A stretch of DNA of 32,281 nt from Rubrobacterales bacterium (GTDB taxonomy: Bacteria; Actinomycetota; Rubrobacteria; Rubrobacterales; Rubrobacteraceae), in assembly GCA_038199155.1 (NCBI GenBank), contig JBBPZK010000194.1, forward strand, positions 1-32,281, given 5' to 3'. Both the position numbers and the translations under genes were made by a program. Position 1 is the stretch's first letter; every line of letters begins with the position of its first letter. The notes below the pieces were generated by a model. The model did not search any database, was not told the origin of the DNA, and worked only from the letters and a program-made list of their open reading frames with translations. Shown here piece by piece: positions 7,546 to 14,790 of the stretch.

Positions 7546-7836
7546 CAAGCCGTTTGAGAAGTCGGGCGGCGCTGTTGCTTTACGGGCGCGTATTCCAGGA
7601 TGCTTTCAGGTAGCGTTCGACTGCGCGGCCGGCGCGCTCATCCGGATGCCCTCCTTTGCTGGATCAAGCCATAAAGGATCACTTTGCCCTCCACTTTACA
7701 CACCGGCTCACGGCTCGCTACAACCTTCCGCCCATCTTGTAGCTCGGCCTTTCTTATATGCTCTGAAACGAGGAGAAACGAAAAATCGAGGTCCGTTGAG
7801 AAGAGTACTACCAAAAACAGACCCACCCGTGGCCAC

Positions 7837-7877
7837 TAGCTGGAGCTGGTCTGAATTACCAAGACCAGCTCCGGCTA
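7837..7877. terminator. 16-bp stem-loop (tail-less terminator or structured RNA candidate)
   Basis: TAGCTGGAGCTGGTCT (7837-7852) pairs with AGACCAGCTCCGGCTA (7862-7877) around a 9-nt loop. The single non-Watson-Crick pair (7841/7873) is G-U in plus-strand RNA but A-C in minus-strand RNA. Confidence 0.35.
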
Positions 7878-7938
7878 CAAGGTCGAGTGCCTGAGATGCA
7901 GCTTACCCGGACCCCAGCGAGAGAGTGTCGAGTCAGCC

Positions 7939-7973
7939 TGGGAAGCCCAGAGACGAGATCACAAGGCTTCCCA
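7939..7973 (-). terminator. 9-bp stem-loop about 22 nt downstream of the rlpA-like stop codon
   Basis: TGGGAAGCC (7939-7947) pairs with GGCTTCCCA (7965-7973) around a 17-nt loop. There is no U-tract. Confidence 0.3.
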
Positions 7974-7995
7974 TAAGACAAAAACTCCGCGCTCT

Positions 7996-9030
7996 CTAGT
8001 TCCTGAACCTGTGGATCAAGGCGGCCCCGGAGATGAGGAGTAAGCTACCACCTATAAGGCCACCCAGCGGCACACCACCAGTGTCGGGCAACACCGTTAT
8101 TCCGGGAGCACCTCCGCTGGATCCCGACTTCTGCTGGGTAGAGCCTTGCTCGCTAGAGGTGACTTCCTTGACGGGAGCCGCAGGTTCCTTGACTTGCTTC
8201 ACCCGGGCGGTCGTCTCTTCTACCGGGGGAACCGTCTGCTCTTTCTGGGTGGTTGCACGAGGAGCTGGAGCAGGCGGGGGTGTTGGGGTGGTCTTCTCCG
8301 GCAGGTTCTCGAAACCCTTGGGCGGGGCCGCGAGATGCTGTACGATCCTCTGCCTGACCGTGGAATCCGGCTTCACGAGATCCGGCGGCGGCGTCTCCAG
8401 GACGTTGGGGCTGGGAGCCGGCGGTAGCGGCGCGTACTGATCCTGGGCGGGTGTCGGAGCAACGGGAGGTGGTGACGGCGCGTACTGATCCCCCGCAGCA
8501 TACTGGTCTTTCGCCGGTGGCTGCGGCGATGCCGAGGTCCCTCCAGGTGACGCCGCAGCCGGTGCGGCATTGTCGCTTGTCGTGGAGCCACCTTGCGTGG
8601 AGCCACTGTTCGCGGCTTTGGCGGTGTAGGGTCCAGTCGGGGTCGAAGTATCCGCGTAGGCTACGTCAACCGGTGCGGCGCCAGCGGCGGTCAGGCCGAT
8701 GTACTCTGCGGCAGCCTGCGAGAGATCGAGGTCCCTCCCCGCCACGTAAGGGCCGCGATCGTTTATGCGGACCACGACGGACTTACCGTTGTAGGTGATG
8801 ATCAACTTAGTCCCGAACGGAAGCGTCTTGCTGGCTGCCGTATAATCGTTCGGGTTGAAAGGCTCGCCACTCGCGGTCGTAAGGCCCGCGAACCCCGGTC
8901 CGTACCAGGAAGCGACGAGCTGCTCCGCCCTGACCGTACCAGCCCCATATAGCAGAGACGCCGAGCAGATCAACGCCGCCAGAAAAAAGACCAAAAACCT
9001 GCGCGGCAACGCGCCACGAGTACCAACCAA
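7996..9030 (-). CDS. RlpA-like lytic transglycosylase-family protein (DPBB domain) with a Pro-rich stalk and an LPXTG cell-wall anchor
   Basis: The DPBB core reads ASWYGPGFAGLTTASGEPFNP...VVVRINDRGPYVAGRDLDLS. The C-terminus is LPDTG (8077-8091), then a hydrophobic helix, then HRFRN. The ORF opens at GTG 9072, but TTG 9030 has a GGAGGGGG SD 5 nt upstream. That start gives a typical signal peptide (VGTRGALPRRFLVFFLAALICSA...). Confidence 0.85.
   Translation of the reverse strand: MVGTRGALPRRFLVFFLAALICSASLLYGAGTVRAEQLVASWYGPGFAGLTTASGEPFNPNDYTAASKTLPFGTKLIITYNGKSVVVRINDRGPYVAGRDLDLSQAAAEYIGLTAAGAAPVDVAYADTSTPTGPYTAKAANSGSTQGGSTTSDNAAPAAASPGGTSASPQPPAKDQYAAGDQYAPSPPPVAPTPAQDQYAPLPPAPSPNVLETPPPDLVKPDSTVRQRIVQHLAAPPKGFENLPEKTTPTPPPAPAPRATTQKEQTVPPVEETTARVKQVKEPAAPVKEVTSSEQGSTQQKSGSSGGAPGITVLPDTGGVPLGGLIGGSLLLISGAALIHRFRN
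8428..8491. repeat. intragenic 16-nt direct repeat (CGGCGCGTACTGATCC) 48 nt apart
   Basis: The copies lie at 8428-8443 and 8476-8491. On the coding strand they encode the repeated DQYAP units of the Pro-rich stalk, with a third degenerate copy nearby. Confidence 0.7.
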
Positions 9031-9305
9031 TGAATCCCCCTCCAGAGATTGTTTTATGACGGCGTTTTTCACCGCCTTAAGAAGGACAAAAGTACCAGCA
9101 TCTACGTCTCAGTTGAAGACACGTCATAGTATTTTCGTAACTAACCACAACATGTTGTATGTGCCACACCTACACCATCTATCGAAAAGGTCTTTAGATC
9201 TGAGTTTGCATCTCTGAATGAGAAAGTGTCTACAACCTCGGAGGGTAGAATATAGTAGCTAATAGGATAGGCAGATAATGGCATGAGAGAGATGAGAGGT
9301 GGCCG

Positions 9306-10298
9306 ATGAAATACCGGAGTCTGGGAGATACTGACGTTCGCGTATCCGAGGTCGGGTTCGGAGTCTGGACCGTCTCGACGGGCTGGTGGGGCGAGGTGGA
9401 TGACGACCGCTCGGTGAGGCTGCTGCGGGAGGCTTACGAGAAAGGGATCAGCTACTTCGACACCGCCGACACGTATGGTTCCGGCAAGGGTGAGACGCTG
9501 CTCGCGGACGCCGGGTTCACCTCCGGGAACATGCGGGACGGGGTCGTGATCTCCACCAAGATCGGCTACGATTTCTACAACCATACTGCCCGCCGCGGTC
9601 AGCAAGAGCGTCCGCAAGTTTGGTCCGAGGAGTTCATCCGGTTCGCCCTGGAGCAAAGTTTGCAGAGGCTCGGCACCGACTATATAGATTTCCTCCAGCT
9701 ACACAACACAAAGATGGATGCCATCGAGGACGATGCGCTCTTCGCGCTAATGGACGAGTTCAAGAGTGAGGGCAAGGTTAGATCTTACGGCGTCGCCCTC
9801 GGGCCGAAGATCGGCTGGCTCGAGGAGGGCGTCAAGGCGATGCGCGAGCGGGGCGTCAGCGGCGTGCAGATGATCTACAACATCCTGGAGCAAGACCCCG
9901 GCCGCGGGCTCATAGAGACGGCCCGCGAGACCGACACCGGCCTGATCGTTCGCGTCCCCCACTCCAGCGGGATGCTCGAAGGCAACTACGACGAGAACAC
10001 GACCTTCGGCCCGAATGACCACCGCCGCCACCGGCCGAAGGAGTGGTTGTTCGGCGGCCTCAAGAAGGTCGAGCAGCTGGACTTCTTGACGGAGGAGAGA
10101 ACCCTCGGACAGGCCGCCCTCAAGTTCTGCCTTGCATCCCCCGAGGTCGTCTCGACACTGCCGAACATCTACAACGAAGAGCAGATAGAAGAGTTCACGA
10201 CCGCCCCGGACACCCCGGACCTGACCGGAGAAGAGATCTCCCGCGTCGCCGAACTCTACGAGAACAACTTCGGCCTCGAGCCGGCCGCGAGGAGGTAG
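9306..10298 (+). CDS. aldo/keto reductase
   Basis: This 330-aa ORF has a typical AKR N-terminus (MKYRSLGDTDVRVSEVGFGVW...FDTADTYGSG) and an SD GAGAGGTGG upstream of ATG 9306. Confidence 0.9.
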   Translation: MKYRSLGDTDVRVSEVGFGVWTVSTGWWGEVDDDRSVRLLREAYEKGISYFDTADTYGSGKGETLLADAGFTSGNMRDGVVISTKIGYDFYNHTARRGQQERPQVWSEEFIRFALEQSLQRLGTDYIDFLQLHNTKMDAIEDDALFALMDEFKSEGKVRSYGVALGPKIGWLEEGVKAMRERGVSGVQMIYNILEQDPGRGLIETARETDTGLIVRVPHSSGMLEGNYDENTTFGPNDHRRHRPKEWLFGGLKKVEQLDFLTEERTLGQAALKFCLASPEVVSTLPNIYNEEQIEEFTTAPDTPDLTGEEISRVAELYENNFGLEPAARR

Positions 10299-10301
10299 AA
10301 A

Positions 10302-11024
10302 ATGACCGAGACCCAGACCCGTCAGCAAACGACCGATACGGAGAAGCTTCCCGCCCAGTACATAAACTACATCTTCTTCAAGCTCGACCCGCTCTGGAGA
10401 CGCCTGCCGGACGAGGAGCGGGAGCGAGGTAAGAAGGAGTTCCTCGAAGCCGCCGAGGGGCACGCGGGGGAAATGCTCCTACGCTCTTTCTCACTGATGG
10501 GTCTCCGCCAGGACGCGGACTTCATGCTCTGGAGGATCGGCTACGACCTGGACGCCTTCGAGAAGATGACCGCCGCCCTCATGAAGACAGGGCTCGGGAA
10601 GTACCTGAACGTCACCTACTCCTACTTCGGGCTTGCCCGGCGTTCCATATACGTCGGGGAGCAGACGCCCGGCTTTGAGAACCGCCGCTACATCGTCCCC
10701 GGCGAGGGCGACTACCTCTTCGTCTACCCGTTCGTCAAGACGCGGGAGTGGTACGGGCTCTCCCTCGAAGAGCGCCAGCAGATGATGAACGAGCACATGC
10801 AGATCGGCCGCAAGCACTACCCGGTAAAAAACAACACCGCATACTGCTTCGGCATAGACGACTACGAGTTCATCCTCTCATTCGAGGCCGAGTCACCCGA
10901 GAAGTTCCAGGACCTGATGATGGAGCTCCGCGAGAGCGAGGCGAGCAGCTACACCGAACTAGACACCCCGATCTTCACCTGCCGACGCAAACCAATCCTC
11001 GAAATTCTCGAAACTTTAGGATAA
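10302..11024 (+). CDS. hemQ: chlorite-dismutase-family coproheme decarboxylase (hydrogen-peroxide-dependent heme synthase)
   Basis: This 240-aa ORF has actinobacterial HemQ/ChdC-like blocks (YINYIFFKLDP, YLFVYPFVKTREWY, NNTAYCFGIDDYEFILSFE, MELRESEASSYT). A GAGGAGG SD overlaps the AKR stop. Confidence 0.85.
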   Translation: MTETQTRQQTTDTEKLPAQYINYIFFKLDPLWRRLPDEERERGKKEFLEAAEGHAGEMLLRSFSLMGLRQDADFMLWRIGYDLDAFEKMTAALMKTGLGKYLNVTYSYFGLARRSIYVGEQTPGFENRRYIVPGEGDYLFVYPFVKTREWYGLSLEERQQMMNEHMQIGRKHYPVKNNTAYCFGIDDYEFILSFEAESPEKFQDLMMELRESEASSYTELDTPIFTCRRKPILEILETLG

Positions 11025-11089
11025 TTAACAATTATCCTCTAGCGCCCGTGTGTTGTACTCAGGTACAATAGCCGCACGCACCAACTGCG

Positions 11090-11119
11090 GCCGGAGGGCT
11101 CCCATTATGGCCCTCCGGC
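11090..11119 (+). terminator. hairpin terminator after hemQ
   Basis: GCCGGAGGGC (11090-11099) pairs with GCCCTCCGGC (11110-11119) around a 10-nt loop. It is followed by a weakly T-rich TGAATTCATT. Confidence 0.5.
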
Positions 11120-11180
11120 TGAATTCATTCCGCACACATCTGTTTCATCAGATCTTCCTAGACGAAGAGCTTCGGCCCTG

Positions 11181-11186
11181 TATAAT
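11181..11186 (+). promoter_or_regulatory. consensus -10 (TATAAT) 9 nt upstream of the cysM ATG (leaderless or near-leaderless)
   Basis: TATAAT lies at 11181-11186 with a possible -35 TAGACG 16 nt upstream. There is no SD before ATG 11196. Confidence 0.4.
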
Positions 11187-11195
11187 AATCCCGAC

Positions 11196-12119
11196 ATGAT
11201 TACTCGGATTAAAAAACAGGCAGGAACGAAGGTCACGGAACTGGTGGGCAACACGCCGCTTTTGGCGTTGCCGAACATCGGGAGGGAGACGCCGGGAGTA
11301 GAGATCTACGGTAAGGCAGAATGGTACAACCCCGGAGGTTCGGTAAAGGACCGTCCGGCGCTATGGATGATCCAGGACGCCGAGAGGAGCGGCCGGCTAA
11401 CGCCTGAGAAGACCATACTCGACGCGACTAGTGGAAACACGGGTATAGCCTACGCCTGGATCGGGGCTTCCCTGGGCTACAAGGTGAAGCTGTGCATGCC
11501 GAAGAACGCCAGCGAGGAGCGGAAGAAGATCCTACGCGCCTACGGCGTCGAGTTCGTCCTGACGGACCCCGGCGAGGGCTCGGACGGGGCGATCCGGGAA
11601 GCGAGGCGGCTCTACGCCGAGGACCCCGAGCGGTACTTCTACGCGGACCAGTACAGCAACCTGGCCAACCCGCGGGCCCACTACGAGTCGACGGCCCCGG
11701 AGATCTGGTCGCAGACCAGTGGTGAGATCACCCACTTCGTTGCGGGACTCGGGACGAGCGGCACTTTCGTCGGCACGAGCCAGCGGCTCAGGGAGTACAA
11801 CCCGGATATAAAGGTCATCTCCTTCGAGCCCGACTCACCGTTCCACGGCCTCGAAGGCATGAAGCATATGGAGAGCGCTATCGTGCCCGCGATCTACGAC
11901 CCGACCATCGCCGATGAAAATCGTCGTACCGCGACGGAGGACGCTTACGAGATGGTCAAGCGTATCGCCCGCGAAGAGGGCATCCTGGTCGGCATCTCCG
12001 CCGGTGCCGCCGTGGCGACCGCGTTGCAGGTAGCGCGGGAGATAGAGAGCGGAACGGTCGTCACCATCCTTTGCGACGGGGCGGACAAGTACCTCTCCGA
12101 GAGCTTCTGGGAGGATTAG
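11196..12119 (+). CDS. cysM: PLP-dependent cysteine synthase, CysM type (sulfur-carrier-dependent)
   Basis: It has the PLP-lysine block NPGGSVKDR and the TSGNTG and GLGTSGTF loops. It is immediately followed by mec, cysO and moeZ. Confidence 0.9.
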   Translation: MITRIKKQAGTKVTELVGNTPLLALPNIGRETPGVEIYGKAEWYNPGGSVKDRPALWMIQDAERSGRLTPEKTILDATSGNTGIAYAWIGASLGYKVKLCMPKNASEERKKILRAYGVEFVLTDPGEGSDGAIREARRLYAEDPERYFYADQYSNLANPRAHYESTAPEIWSQTSGEITHFVAGLGTSGTFVGTSQRLREYNPDIKVISFEPDSPFHGLEGMKHMESAIVPAIYDPTIADENRRTATEDAYEMVKRIAREEGILVGISAGAAVATALQVAREIESGTVVTILCDGADKYLSESFWED

Positions 12120-12121
12120 GT

Positions 12122-12541
12122 TTGGCGCTCAAGATAGGCCGGGGAGATCTCGGGCACATCCACGACCACGCCCGCGAGGCGTACCCGGAAGAGTGCGCCG
12201 GGGCGCTTATTGGGATGGATGTCGAGGGGATGAAGATCGTGGTGGACGTGTGGCGGGCCGAGAACACGCACGAGGACGAGCGCAGCCGCCGTTTCCTGAT
12301 CGAACCTTTGAAGATAAAACAGTTCGAGGATCAAGCGGCCGAGAGGGAGATGGACCTGCTCGGGTTCTACCACTCCCACCCGGACCACCCGGCCGAGCCC
12401 TCCGAGTACGACCGGGACCACGCCTGGCCCGGCTGGTCCTACATCATCACCTCGGTTGGCAAAGAGGAGATCAAAGACACCCGTTCCTGGGTCTTACGGG
12501 GAGACCGCTCGAGCTACGACGAAGAAGACCTCGTAGAGTAA
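12122..12541 (+). CDS. mec: JAMM/MPN+ metalloprotease (Mec-like)
   Basis: It has the JAMM motif HSHPDHPAEPSEYD (HxH-x7-S-x2-D) and an upstream E (EECAGAL). I start at TTG 12122, with a GGAGGA SD 6 nt upstream and 2 nt after the cysM stop. The longer ORF from 12071 overlaps cysM. Confidence 0.85.
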   Translation: MALKIGRGDLGHIHDHAREAYPEECAGALIGMDVEGMKIVVDVWRAENTHEDERSRRFLIEPLKIKQFEDQAAEREMDLLGFYHSHPDHPAEPSEYDRDHAWPGWSYIITSVGKEEIKDTRSWVLRGDRSSYDEEDLVE

Positions 12542-12567
12542 ATTTCGAGAACAGAGGAGTTTCTATA

Positions 12568-12843
12568 ATGGCTAAGATCAAGATCCCAACGCCCTTGCGG
12601 CAGTACACGGGCGGCAACTCCGAGGTGGAGGTCGGAGGGCAGACCGCCGGAGAGACGCTCGGCAAGCTCGCCGACGAGTACCCGGACTTGAAACAGCACC
12701 TATACACCGGCGACGGCAAGCTCCGTTCGTTCGTAAACGTGTACAAGGGCGACGAGGACATCCGCTACCTCGACGGCCAAGAGACCGAGGTAGCCGAGGG
12801 CGACGAGCTCTCCATCATCCCCTCCATCGCCGGAGGCCGGTAG
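12568..12843 (+). CDS. cysO: ThiS/MoaD-family sulfur-carrier protein (CysO-like), C-terminus ...AGGR
   Basis: This is a 91-aa beta-grasp-like sequence (MAKIKIPTPLRQYTGG...DELSIIPSIAGGR). An AGAGGAG SD precedes ATG 12568. The gene sits between the JAMM and E1-like genes. Confidence 0.85.
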   Translation: MAKIKIPTPLRQYTGGNSEVEVGGQTAGETLGKLADEYPDLKQHLYTGDGKLRSFVNVYKGDEDIRYLDGQETEVAEGDELSIIPSIAGGR

Positions 12844-12877
12844 GTCCCGCCGATTTCATACAGAGAGGTTTCGTAAC

Positions 12878-14062
12878 ATGCAGACAAGGCAGCCTTTAAT
12901 AGAGTCGCCCAACGGGGCGGTCGAGCTCTCCAACGAGGAGATCTCACGTTACAGTCGCCACCTCATAATGCCGGAGGTCGCGCTCGACGGGCAGAAGAAG
13001 CTCAAGCAGGCAAAGGTACTAACTATCGGGGCCGGAGGGCTCGGATCACCGCTGGCGATGTATCTGGCGGCGGCCGGGGTCGGGACCATCGGCATCGTCG
13101 ACTTCGACGTGGTTGACGAGTCGAACCTGCAGCGTCAGATCATCCACGGCACCTCCGACGTCGGGAAGCCGAAGATGGAGAGCGCGAAAGAGACGCTAAA
13201 GAACATCAACCCGAACGTCGAGGTCATCGGATACGAGGAGCCTCTAAGCAGCGAGAACGCGCTGGAGATCTTCGCGGACTACGACGTGATCGTGGACGGC
13301 ACGGATAACTTTCCGACCCGCTACCTGGTAAACGACGCGTGCGTCTTGCTGGGCAAGCCGAACGTATACGGTTCCATCTTCCGCTTCGAGGGACAGGCGA
13401 GCGTGTTCTACGCCGAGGAAGGCCCCTGTTACCGCTGCCTCTATCCCGAGCCCCCACCTCCCGGTTTGGTGCCGAGCTGCGCCGAGGGCGGTGTCCTGGG
13501 GATACTGCCGGGCGCCATCGGTGTCGCGCAGGCAACCGAGACCGTAAAGCTCATACTCGGGATCGGCGAGCCGCTCATCGGACGTCTTTTGCTCTACGAC
13601 GCACTCGGGATGAGCTACCGGGAGATGAAGCTCCGCAAGGACCCGAACTGCCCTGTCTGCGGCGAGAACCCGACCGTGACGGAGTTGATCGACTACCAGG
13701 AGTTCTGCGGCATCCCTCAGGCGGCGGCCGCCGAGCAGGAGAACGGGGTACCGGAGATTTCCGTCGGCGACCTCAAGAGCAAGCTGGACAACGACGAGGA
13801 CGTGTTCGTGCTCGACGTGCGCGAGCCGCACGAGTACGAGGTGGCGAACATCGGGGCGAAGCTGATCCCACTCGGAGAGCTTCCCCAGCGCCTTGCGGAG
13901 CTCGACCAGGACGACAACTTCGCTATCCACTGCAAGAGCGGCGCCCGGAGCGCGAAGGCCGTGAAGCTGTTGCAGGACGCGGGCTTCGAGAACGTCTACA
14001 ACGTCAAGGGTGGCATCACCGCCTGGAGCGAGGAAATAGACGCGAGCGTACCCAAGTACTAA
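12878..14062 (+). CDS. moeZ: E1-like adenylyltransferase/sulfurtransferase (ThiF/MoeB domain plus C-terminal rhodanese), MoeZ type
   Basis: It has the nucleotide loop GAGGLGSP and the two Zn CxxC pairs (CYRC, CPVC). The rhodanese active-site loop is HCKSGARS. Confidence 0.9.
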   Translation: MQTRQPLIESPNGAVELSNEEISRYSRHLIMPEVALDGQKKLKQAKVLTIGAGGLGSPLAMYLAAAGVGTIGIVDFDVVDESNLQRQIIHGTSDVGKPKMESAKETLKNINPNVEVIGYEEPLSSENALEIFADYDVIVDGTDNFPTRYLVNDACVLLGKPNVYGSIFRFEGQASVFYAEEGPCYRCLYPEPPPPGLVPSCAEGGVLGILPGAIGVAQATETVKLILGIGEPLIGRLLLYDALGMSYREMKLRKDPNCPVCGENPTVTELIDYQEFCGIPQAAAAEQENGVPEISVGDLKSKLDNDEDVFVLDVREPHEYEVANIGAKLIPLGELPQRLAELDQDDNFAIHCKSGARSAKAVKLLQDAGFENVYNVKGGITAWSEEIDASVPKY

Positions 14063-14084
14063 GTTCACAAAAGCAAGCAACATC

Positions 14085-14119
14085 GCGGGGCCGGGGAAAA
14101 CCCGGCCCCGCTTTTCGTT
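14085..14119 (+). terminator. rho-independent terminator of the cysM-mec-cysO-moeZ operon
   Basis: GCGGGGCCGGG (14085-14095) pairs with CCCGGCCCCGC (14101-14111) around a GAAAA loop, followed by TTTTCGTT. Confidence 0.8.
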
Positions 14120-14172
14120 GGAGCTACCCCGAGTAGAATGCTAGGATTGCGACAGCTATCCTGGAGGTTGGC

Positions 14173-14790
14173 ATGACCGAGGCCACCAAGACCTGCGTGG
14201 AGTACCGGCCGGTGGTGCTCCACACGAGCCCGGCGCTAACGACGAGCGAGGAACAGTTCTTCGAGTTCTGTCAGCCAGACAAAGACTGGCGCATCGAACG
14301 CACCTCTGAGGGAGACCTGGAGGTAATGTCGCCGACCGGAGGAGAGACATGCAACCGCAACCTGAAGATAGCGCTGCAGTTGGGCACATGGACGGAGCAC
14401 GACGGTACGGTCGTCGCCTTCGATTCTTCGACCGGATTCAGGCTCCCCAACAGCGCGACCCGCTCTCCGGATGCCACATGGGTGAGGCACGAGAGGTTGG
14501 CGGACCTCACGGCGAAGCAGAAGCAAAAATTCCTTCCGCTGTGCCCGGACTTCGCGGTTGAGCTTCGCTCCCCGGGCGACGCACTGGCAATTCTCCAGGA
14601 CGAGATGCGCGAGCACATCGAGAACGGCGCGCGGCTGGGATGGATCATGGATCCACCCGAACGCCGAGTATACGGCTACCGCCCCGGCGTCGAAGCCAAG
14701 CGGCTCGACGAGTCATTCTCACTCTCTGGTGAACCGGAGCTTCCGGGCTTTGCGCTCGACCTGCGCAAGCTCTGGGAACCAGGCTCCTAG
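14173..14790 (+). CDS. Uma2-family (DUF820) putative endonuclease
   Basis: This 205-aa ORF has the Uma2-like layout (ERTSEGDLEVMSP...SPDATWV...LCPDFAVELRSPGD, a PD-(D/E)xK-like core). It has an SD GGAGGTTGG and a TAGAAT box at 14134-14139. Confidence 0.8.
   Translation: MTEATKTCVEYRPVVLHTSPALTTSEEQFFEFCQPDKDWRIERTSEGDLEVMSPTGGETCNRNLKIALQLGTWTEHDGTVVAFDSSTGFRLPNSATRSPDATWVRHERLADLTAKQKQKFLPLCPDFAVELRSPGDALAILQDEMREHIENGARLGWIMDPPERRVYGYRPGVEAKRLDESFSLSGEPELPGFALDLRKLWEPGS

Noticed and set aside
7606-7655. 11-codon minus-strand mini-ORF (MSAPAAQSNAT) behind a perfect AGGAGG SD
   Set aside because: It is too short to evaluate, and the SD-like hexamer may be fortuitous in a purine-rich stretch. 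I saw no downstream gene it could regulate as a leader peptide.
7638-7826. 62-aa minus-strand ORF in the islet (hydrophobic N-terminus MGLFLVVLFS...)
   Set aside because: It has a GTG start without an SD, directly abutting the 16-bp hairpin. Its third codon positions are strongly A/T-rich, unlike native genes. I recognise no family and treat it as non-coding unless expression data say otherwise.
9032-9043. GAATCCCCCTCC resembling the tRNA-Ser 3' end (GAATCCCTCCTCC), as a possible att-type direct repeat bounding an island from 6876 to 9043
   Set aside because: The match is short and gapped, and it is simply the complement of the rlpA GGAGGGGG SD. No integrase or other mobility gene lies in between.
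9073-9305. Possible cyclic-di-AMP (ydaO-type) riboswitch in the leader of the rlpA-like cell-wall hydrolase gene
   Set aside because: I read the minus-strand leader and found none of the conserved ydaO blocks I remember (e.g. ACGGGGA / CCGA..CCCGAA..AGCTAACC-like segments). Only a covariance-model search could fully exclude it.
9747-10463. 238-aa minus-strand ORF spanning the AKR/hemQ junction
   Set aside because: It lies antisense to two well-supported genes and has no recognisable motifs.
11053-11068. Small hairpin TTGTAC-tcag-GTACAA (containing a TACAAT) just after the hemQ stop
   Set aside because: It is only 6 bp and lies 130 nt upstream of cysM, which has its own consensus -10 adjacent to the ATG. 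It is probably incidental or part of the hemQ 3' end.
12193-12567. N-terminal 125 codons of the 216-aa ORF that ends as CysO
   Set aside because: This part overlaps the JAMM protease gene in another frame and is Arg/Gly/Pro-rich. The beta-grasp carrier begins at ATG 12568, which has its own AGAGGAG SD.
13244-14083. 279-aa minus-strand ORF, and the 265-aa plus-strand alternative frame 13339..14136, over moeZ
   Set aside because: Both overlap the motif-rich MoeZ frame. They have biased Arg/Leu/Val or Arg/Gly composition and no start signals.
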